NCBI GenBank assembly: GCA_030651475.1
Contig: JAUSEW010000021.1
Location: 1,898 to 65,897 of the forward strand
Origin: Candidatus Levyibacteriota bacterium
GTDB lineage: Bacteria > Patescibacteriota > Microgenomatia > Levybacterales > UBA12049
Direction of reading: 5' to 3'
Length of the DNA stretch: 64,000 nt
The notes beneath the pieces were generated by a model. The model saw only the letters and a program-made list of their open reading frames with translations, was not told where the DNA came from and searched no databases. A program made the position numbers and the translations under genes. Of this stretch, positions 58,296 through 64,000 are shown piece by piece (position 1 is the first letter of the stretch; every line of letters begins with the position of its first letter).

Positions 58296-58374
58296 TTCAA
58301 AGTTCAAAGTGCAAAGTTAAAAGTTAGTTAAAATTTTTCACTTTTCACTTTTAATTTTTAATTTATTGAGATCT

Positions 58375-58495
58375 GTATGTAGGTAAACATCGTGAAAGTC
58401 GATGGAAGAGCCGCTACTGTAATATCCAGAAAACTACATACACGAAGGTTTCCCGAGCTGGAGTTTTTTTGTTATCCTCTGGAGACCTTCAGTAT
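58375..58495 (+). ncRNA. Candidate cobalamin-riboswitch-like leader upstream of the adenosyltransferase gene
   Basis: 8-bp helix GTATGTAG (58375-58382) / CTACATAC (58434-58441) encloses a hairpin CATCG-TGAAAGT-CGATG (GGTGAAA.TCC-like P3 loop). GCCGCTACTGTAAT follows (compare riboswitch CCGCCACTGTAAT). Downstream CTCTGGAGACCTTCAG resembles the B12 box (AGGAGACCTGCC) just before the RBS of the PduO-type gene. Confidence 0.3.
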
Positions 58496-58509
58496 TTTTA
58501 TTTAATAAT

Positions 58510-59058
58510 ATGCCGATTTATACGCGGACAGGGGATAAAGGATATACCTCTTTTTTTAATGGCCAGAGGATTTCAAAATCAGATTCAAGAGTGGATGTTT
58601 ATGGGACGATTGATGAGCTTAATTCGGCAATTGGTATGGCGATTGCTGAATTAATAAGGATTAAGGATAAAGGATTAAGTATTAAAAGTGAATTGGAACG
58701 GATTCAGAATGATTTGCTGGATATTGGATCTGCGTTAGCAAATCCAGCCTCAAAACCTTTAAATTATTTGGAAAAGAGAGTGAAGGAATTCGAGGATTTT
58801 ATAGACCAAATGACCAAGCAAATGCCGATTTTGAAAAATTTCATCTTACCCGGCGGAGGGAAAACCGGCGCCTTACTTCATTTCGCCAGAACGGTTTGTA
58901 GGAGAGCGGAAAGAAATTTGGTCAAACTATCGGAAAACGGAAAAATAGATAACAATATAATCATTTATATAAATAGACTTTCGGACTTGCTTTTTACCAT
59001 GGCTCGCTTTGCAAATTTTAAAGAAAAGAAAAAAGAAATAATTTGGTTCAAAAAATAA
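58510..59058 (+). CDS. PduO-type ATP:cob(I)alamin adenosyltransferase
   Basis: MPIYTRTGDKGYTSFFNGQRISKSDSRVDVYGTIDELNSAIG is the hallmark N-terminus of the PduO/MMAB family. Confidence 0.85.
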   Translation: MPIYTRTGDKGYTSFFNGQRISKSDSRVDVYGTIDELNSAIGMAIAELIRIKDKGLSIKSELERIQNDLLDIGSALANPASKPLNYLEKRVKEFEDFIDQMTKQMPILKNFILPGGGKTGALLHFARTVCRRAERNLVKLSENGKIDNNIIIYINRLSDLLFTMARFANFKEKKKEIIWFKK

Positions 59059-59173
59059 TTGTTTGGGTGAATCTAGTGTAATTCTAGAACTGTGCCGCAA
59101 CTGTATTTCAGCTCAAAGCTGAAGAGTCAGAGCCCCCTTAAAAGCCTTCCGAGCTAGAAGCAATTTTTTTGTT

Positions 59174-59198
59174 TCTCCTCGGAATGAGGAGTTTTTTT
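59174..59198 (+). terminator. Rho-independent terminator-like hairpin
   Basis: TCTCCTC-ggaat-GAGGAG followed by TTTTTTT (59192-59198). Confidence 0.5.
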
Positions 59199-59241
59199 AT
59201 GCCCGTTCAGCAGGCTTAGGGCATACTAAAGAATTTAAAGT

Positions 59242-60300
59242 ATGGTTGAACGACAATCCTTGGCATTTAGACACGAATTTTACGAAGAGGCAAAAGAACA
59301 CCAAATAAGAGACGATCTTGTTTCTTATCTTGGAGAGTATAGGTTTGAGGTATCGGAATTCAATTATAGGCTAGGTATCTCTAACGGGATTTTGGTAGAT
59401 CCAAATACAGGTGAATCAATGAGTCTGAAAGCAAAAAGGGCAATAGAATTCAAAAGAAGACGCGGTTTAAATACCTCAAGAGAAGAAGCAGAATTTGAGG
59501 GATTTATTAATCTTGAGCAAGGCCTTTCTAAAAAACCTTTTGGTGTTGCTGTTTGGCTTAGTCCGCCTGGTCAAAAAGCAGAAGGTTGTGGTGATTATGG
59601 TTTCGCATTCGTTGGCAAAAGAAATGGTAACGAATTAGAGATGACGGCAATAAGGCTCGAAAATCCAACAATTAACGATTTTAATAAGGCTGCAAATGCT
59701 TTGTGGGGCGAAAAAGGGTACGAAAAAGTAGAGGATTTGTTAAGACAGCCAATGGTAATAGATATCTCTTTGGACAAAGTTAAAGAATTTATTCACGGAA
59801 ATTTTGAGATAAAAGATGAGCAAAGCAAAACAATTTTTGGAAAAGCCTTGGATAAATTGAGCGGAATAATCGATGAGGTAGCTCTAATTATTAAAACCGG
59901 AACTTCGGAACAAAAACAAAAAGCATTTCATACACTAGAAAATTTAGCGATTGAGCTTAAAGAAAGATTAGGGGCTCTTTTTAAAGAAAATGTTATTTTT
60001 ATGTCGGATTATAGAATATCCAAGCTTGCTACTTTTATGGGAATAGATAGATATACAAACAAGCCTAAGCTAGTTGCGGGAAGCTGCGGAAGCACATCAG
60101 ACAGAAACTCATTGAATAGTAGCAATGTCTTTTCTAAATATTCTTCTTTAAATGGTTTATTGTCATTATCAGAAGATAATGAATGGTTTACTTGTCCGAA
60201 GTGTAATTATAAAGCAACCGGTCCTGTTGGAGATGAATGCCCTAAGTGTCACATTACTAAAGAAGAATTTGCAGAATCAGGCGCAGAAGTTTGTGATTGA
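59242..60300 (+). CDS. Hypothetical protein with C-terminal zinc ribbon
   Basis: 352 aa. The C-terminal CPKCNYKATGPVGDECPKCH is a C4 zinc ribbon. The N-terminal 300 aa has no motif I recognise. Confidence 0.45.
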   Translation: MVERQSLAFRHEFYEEAKEHQIRDDLVSYLGEYRFEVSEFNYRLGISNGILVDPNTGESMSLKAKRAIEFKRRRGLNTSREEAEFEGFINLEQGLSKKPFGVAVWLSPPGQKAEGCGDYGFAFVGKRNGNELEMTAIRLENPTINDFNKAANALWGEKGYEKVEDLLRQPMVIDISLDKVKEFIHGNFEIKDEQSKTIFGKALDKLSGIIDEVALIIKTGTSEQKQKAFHTLENLAIELKERLGALFKENVIFMSDYRISKLATFMGIDRYTNKPKLVAGSCGSTSDRNSLNSSNVFSKYSSLNGLLSLSEDNEWFTCPKCNYKATGPVGDECPKCHITKEEFAESGAEVCD

Positions 60301-60734
60301 TACCTCTATTTTTAAATGTGCTATCATTATGTTGTATGGTAGACAATACAAATTCTGCGCAAAAAACAACTGTAAGTTCGGATCAGACAAATTATAGTCC
60401 TGCTTCAGGTTCAATGGTGAAAGAAGCGGAGCCTGCAATAATTTCGGCTCCGGAAGCTAAAGCACAGCCGGAAATTCCACCAAGTCTTGAAGCAGAACTT
60501 GAGAAAGCAAAAGAAAGTGTTTCCGCGCAACCACCAGCAAATCAGCAGGGAGTTATAAAAACATCTAGAGATGAAATTTTGCCTCAACAAGAATCTTCTG
60601 AAATTGAAGAATCAAGGAGAAGATTACAGCAAATTGAGAGTACTAAGAAAACAAGCAGTACCAGCGATTCAGTATATTGGCTGCACAAACTATTGAAAAA
60701 ATTTTTTGAACAGCTTGGTTTAAAAGACAAATAA
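60297..60734 (+). CDS. Hypothetical low-complexity (S/T/E/P/Q-rich) protein
   Basis: 145 aa. Start overlaps the upstream stop (ATGA). Probably disordered. Confidence 0.35.
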   Translation: MIPLFLNVLSLCCMVDNTNSAQKTTVSSDQTNYSPASGSMVKEAEPAIISAPEAKAQPEIPPSLEAELEKAKESVSAQPPANQQGVIKTSRDEILPQQESSEIEESRRRLQQIESTKKTSSTSDSVYWLHKLLKKFFEQLGLKDK

Positions 60735-60741
60735 TTAATAT

Positions 60742-63114
60742 ATGCAAACATCTTCTTTTGGTAATTTAGGCAGTCTTTTGACCTCTTTGGTGCTTGGAAT
60801 TATAGGTGCGGTAGTTCTTGTGATAGGTATTTATTGGGGATTTTATCTATTATTCCTTTGGATTAAGCACCGAAACCGCGAAAAAGAATCTCTGAATTCA
60901 GTTCTTTTGCAAGTTGCAGTGCCACGAGACAATGAGATTAAAATTGATGCGGCAGAGCAACTTTTCTCCGCTTTAGCATCAATAAGAAAAGGAGGAAGAT
61001 TTTCTTCTTTAAGTCCCCAACCTCAATTATCATTTGAAATAGTAGGTCTTCCGGGAAGTATCCGTTTTTTTGTCCATACGCCAAAAAATCTTCAGGATTT
61101 GATTGAAAAACAAATAAACGGCGTTTATCCGGATGCAGAAATAAAAATTATCGAGGATAAAGATTTTGGGCAAAAGCAATTTCTGGTAGGCAATGAATAT
61201 AATATTTTCTCCGAAAATGGAAGAGTTGCCTTCGCGTCTTTGAAACTAAAGTCCTTAGATTATCAGCCGATAAAAGTTTTCAAAGATTTGCCGGTTGATC
61301 CGCTTTCCTCAATTACTTCCATACTTGCCAAAATGATAGAAGGGGAAGGAGCGGCGATACAAATAATGGTGAGTCCTGCAGATGATCAGTGGAAAAAGGC
61401 AGGACGCGCGCATATTACTAAAGTCAAAAAAGCCGAAGCTAATCCGGAAACTGCCAAATATTCCGCTGACCCCAAAGAATTGGAGGCAATAGAGAATAAA
61501 ATTTCCAAGCCCGGTTTTAATGTTGTTGTCAGAATGGTTGTTTCCTCAAGTACGATTGAATCTGCGAAAGCCCACCTTAGCAATATCAAAAGCGCATTTA
61601 GCCAATTTAACGGCATAAATTCATTTACCAGCAATAAGCATATCTTTAAAGGCGCGTTCGCCAATGACTTTATCTATCGATATATGCCAATGCGGGGCCA
61701 AACTTCGATTTTGACAAGCGAAGAGCTAGCGACGATTTTCCATTTTCCCAACAAAGCGATTACAACTCCGCATATACTTTGGATTACTTCCAAAAGAGCG
61801 CCGGCTCCTATGCAGACTCCAACCAGCGGACTTTATTTGGGTAAAAGTACATATCGGGGACTGGCGAAGCCTGTGTATATGAGTTTGGATGATCGAAGAA
61901 GACATATGTATATCATTGGGAAAACAGGTACCGGGAAAAGCGAGTTTCTAAAAGCGATGATTATGCAGGATATTAAAAACGGAGAAGGGTTGGCTGTTAT
62001 CGACCCTCATGGAGATTTAATCGAAGATATGCTGCCGCTTATTCCTCCAAGCCGGGCAGAAGATGTCATACTTTTTGATCCATCGGACACCGCCAGACCA
62101 ATGGGTTTAAATATGCTTGAAGCCCAAACAGAAGAACAAAAGCACTATGTTGTTTCTTCGATTATAGGGCTTATGTACAAGCTTTTTGATCCGAATAAAA
62201 CAGGTATCATCGGTCCTCGTTTTGAGCATGCGATAAGAAATGCTATGTTAACGGTTATGTATGAAGAGGGAAGTACTTTCGTTGAGGTAGTAAGAATTTT
62301 AACGGATGCAAATTTCGTACAAGAACTTCTGCCAAAAGTTTTAGATCCGATTGTGAGACGTTACTGGACAGATCAAATTGCCCAAACATCTGATTTTCAT
62401 AAGTCCGAAGTCCTGGATTACATCGTTTCCAAGTTTGGCAGATTTGTTACGAATAAAATGATTAGGAATATCATTGGACAATCTTTAAGCTCTTTTAACT
62501 TCAGGAAAGTTATGGATGAAAAGAAAATATTGCTGATTAATTTATCGAAAGGAAAAATTGGAGAAGAGAACTCAAACTTCTTAGGACTTGTAATTGTTCC
62601 GAAGATTTTAGTTGCGGCAATGTCAAGGCAGGATATGCCAATGGCGAGCCGGCGTGATTTCTTTCTTTATGTTGATGAGTTCCAGAATTTCGCGACTCCT
62701 GATTTCGCCCAGATTCTTTCAGAAGCCCGTAAATACAGACTTAATTTAATTGTTGCGAATCAGTTTATAGGGCAAATGGAAGAGGAAGTAAAAAATGCCA
62801 TTTTTGGCAATATCGGAACTCTGGCTTCCTTTAGAGTCGGAGTAACGGATGCAAATTATCTACAGCATGAATTTCAGCCTGTATTTGCGGAAGCGGATTT
62901 AATAAATGTTGAAAGATACAATACATATGTAAAAACAATTGTTAACGGCGAGCCGGTTACGCCATTTTCTATGGATTTGACTCGGGATATGAGTAAGGAA
63001 AAGGCCCTAGCAAATCCTCGAGTTGCGGAATTAGTTCGGGAATTATCGCGCCTTAAATATGGAAAAGATGCAGCCGCAGTTGAAGCAGTAATCTCTCAAC
63101 GCGCGAGGCTCTAA
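60742..63114 (+). CDS. Membrane-anchored P-loop ATPase, VirD4/TraG-type coupling-protein-like (FtsK/HerA superfamily)
   Basis: N-terminal TM pair (LVLGIIGAVVLVIGIYWGFYLLFLWI), Walker A IIGKTGTGKSEF and Walker B LYVDEFQNFATP. Downstream ARKYRLNLIVANQFIGQM (R-finger/Q motif) is typical of T4 coupling proteins and DUF87/HerA-like ATPases. Confidence 0.55.
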   Translation: MQTSSFGNLGSLLTSLVLGIIGAVVLVIGIYWGFYLLFLWIKHRNREKESLNSVLLQVAVPRDNEIKIDAAEQLFSALASIRKGGRFSSLSPQPQLSFEIVGLPGSIRFFVHTPKNLQDLIEKQINGVYPDAEIKIIEDKDFGQKQFLVGNEYNIFSENGRVAFASLKLKSLDYQPIKVFKDLPVDPLSSITSILAKMIEGEGAAIQIMVSPADDQWKKAGRAHITKVKKAEANPETAKYSADPKELEAIENKISKPGFNVVVRMVVSSSTIESAKAHLSNIKSAFSQFNGINSFTSNKHIFKGAFANDFIYRYMPMRGQTSILTSEELATIFHFPNKAITTPHILWITSKRAPAPMQTPTSGLYLGKSTYRGLAKPVYMSLDDRRRHMYIIGKTGTGKSEFLKAMIMQDIKNGEGLAVIDPHGDLIEDMLPLIPPSRAEDVILFDPSDTARPMGLNMLEAQTEEQKHYVVSSIIGLMYKLFDPNKTGIIGPRFEHAIRNAMLTVMYEEGSTFVEVVRILTDANFVQELLPKVLDPIVRRYWTDQIAQTSDFHKSEVLDYIVSKFGRFVTNKMIRNIIGQSLSSFNFRKVMDEKKILLINLSKGKIGEENSNFLGLVIVPKILVAAMSRQDMPMASRRDFFLYVDEFQNFATPDFAQILSEARKYRLNLIVANQFIGQMEEEVKNAIFGNIGTLASFRVGVTDANYLQHEFQPVFAEADLINVERYNTYVKTIVNGEPVTPFSMDLTRDMSKEKALANPRVAELVRELSRLKYGKDAAAVEAVISQRARL

Positions 63115-63215
63115 AAAAAACGAAAAATCTTAATTATCAGTGGGGGAAAGTCTAAGAAATTAATTTAAAATAAAAGAGTTCTAGTTTGTTCTAACTTCTT
63201 AACTACCGATTTGCC

Positions 63216-63848
63216 TTAATACCATTCTATTTCCCCGCTGGTTGATCTAGCTGGAGTCTTAGCATATAACTCACCAAGAAACTTATCCATACGTCCTGGT
63301 ATCTTTAATTCTTGCGTTTTAAGTTTGGTTGCATGAGAAGGATAATCTTTAGGATAATCTTGGTAAGAAAACATACGGGTCGACATACCGCCTATTTCTT
63401 CAGGATTGGAACAACCCAGTATAATAACGTTACTTATGCCATGATAATCATATCTAGGTTTTTTAAAAGGCGTACCTTTAGTTCCCACAGTCCAAAAATT
63501 ATATCTAAATATTAAGAAAGCTGTAGGCAAAACCCTATTTCTGTCTTCTATATAAGAATTCTTTTCTATCTCTCCTATTGCAATTTCCTTAATGGGATTT
63601 TCCCGATCTGTTTTAACAAGCGTTTTAGCAGCTGCAACATTCGCAACAATCAAGGTTTTATCTAATCTAATTTTATTCTCTGACCCCTGTCGTAGAATAG
63701 GATTTGCTAAAATAGATTGTCTAAGCTGTTCAAACAATTGTACCGCTCCACTTGCAACCAGTGTCCCCATAAGTTCCTTGCCCTTCTCCCATTCTGTTGG
63801 ATCAGGACGCTCATTATTATTCTTTGATATAAATTCAGTCAATCCCAT
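63216..63848 (-). CDS. Hypothetical protein (210 aa)
   Basis: ORF with no motif I recognise. Confidence 0.4.
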   Translation of the reverse strand: MGLTEFISKNNNERPDPTEWEKGKELMGTLVASGAVQLFEQLRQSILANPILRQGSENKIRLDKTLIVANVAAAKTLVKTDRENPIKEIAIGEIEKNSYIEDRNRVLPTAFLIFRYNFWTVGTKGTPFKKPRYDYHGISNVIILGCSNPEEIGGMSTRMFSYQDYPKDYPSHATKLKTQELKIPGRMDKFLGELYAKTPARSTSGEIEWY

Positions 63849-64000
63849 ATGGTGGTATTATACATCTTATAGTCAATGAATTACAAGTTAATATATTTTA
63901 TTGGACCAGTTTTTAAATGACTTAATTTTTTGAGGTTTTAAGGATGAATCTTGATTCCAATTTCCTCCGCTTTTTCATGTTCTTTAACTGCTCCAGGGGC

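Overview
AT-rich (~35-38% GC by eye) bacterial chromosomal segment with densely packed, often overlapping genes. The gene content suggests a reduced-genome, Candidate-Phyla-Radiation/Patescibacteria-like organism (inference only). The window spans the chromosomal replication origin: dnaA and dnaN on the minus strand with perfect DnaA boxes, followed by the conserved rpmH-rnpA-yidD-yidC-jag block. Directly next to the origin lies a type-IV-secretion/pilus-like cluster. It holds a VirB6/TrbL-like membrane protein, a tail-anchored 1085-aa protein, an AAA ATPase, five paralogous VirB2/TrbC-like pilin genes (one fused to a large Cys-containing ectodomain), a PrgI/VirB3-like protein and a VirB4 ATPase that appears split into two ORFs. 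A four-helix-bundle ('23S rRNA IVS protein') gene flanked by inverted 9-bp repeats is inserted inside the pilin array. The rest is mostly housekeeping: valS, rplY, ruvC/ruvA/ruvB, purD-like, PGI/PMI, P-type ATPase, comM, def, pgk, gap, two tandem PBP1A paralogs and nrdR-nrdJ followed by a PduO-type cobalamin adenosyltransferase. Accessory elements include two Fic-domain genes; one is bracketed by a ~56-bp direct repeat that duplicates the 5' end of comM (an island-like insertion). There is also a GNAT/XRE/amidohydrolase/GNAT islet and a terminal three-gene operon of unknown function ending in a membrane-anchored VirD4/FtsK-like ATPase. Candidate RNA/regulatory elements are tandem NrdR boxes on the nrdR promoter and a cobalamin-riboswitch-like element upstream of the adenosyltransferase. 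No CRISPR array, rRNA or tRNA was found by eye. All functional calls come from reading motifs in the supplied translations. No database search was run.
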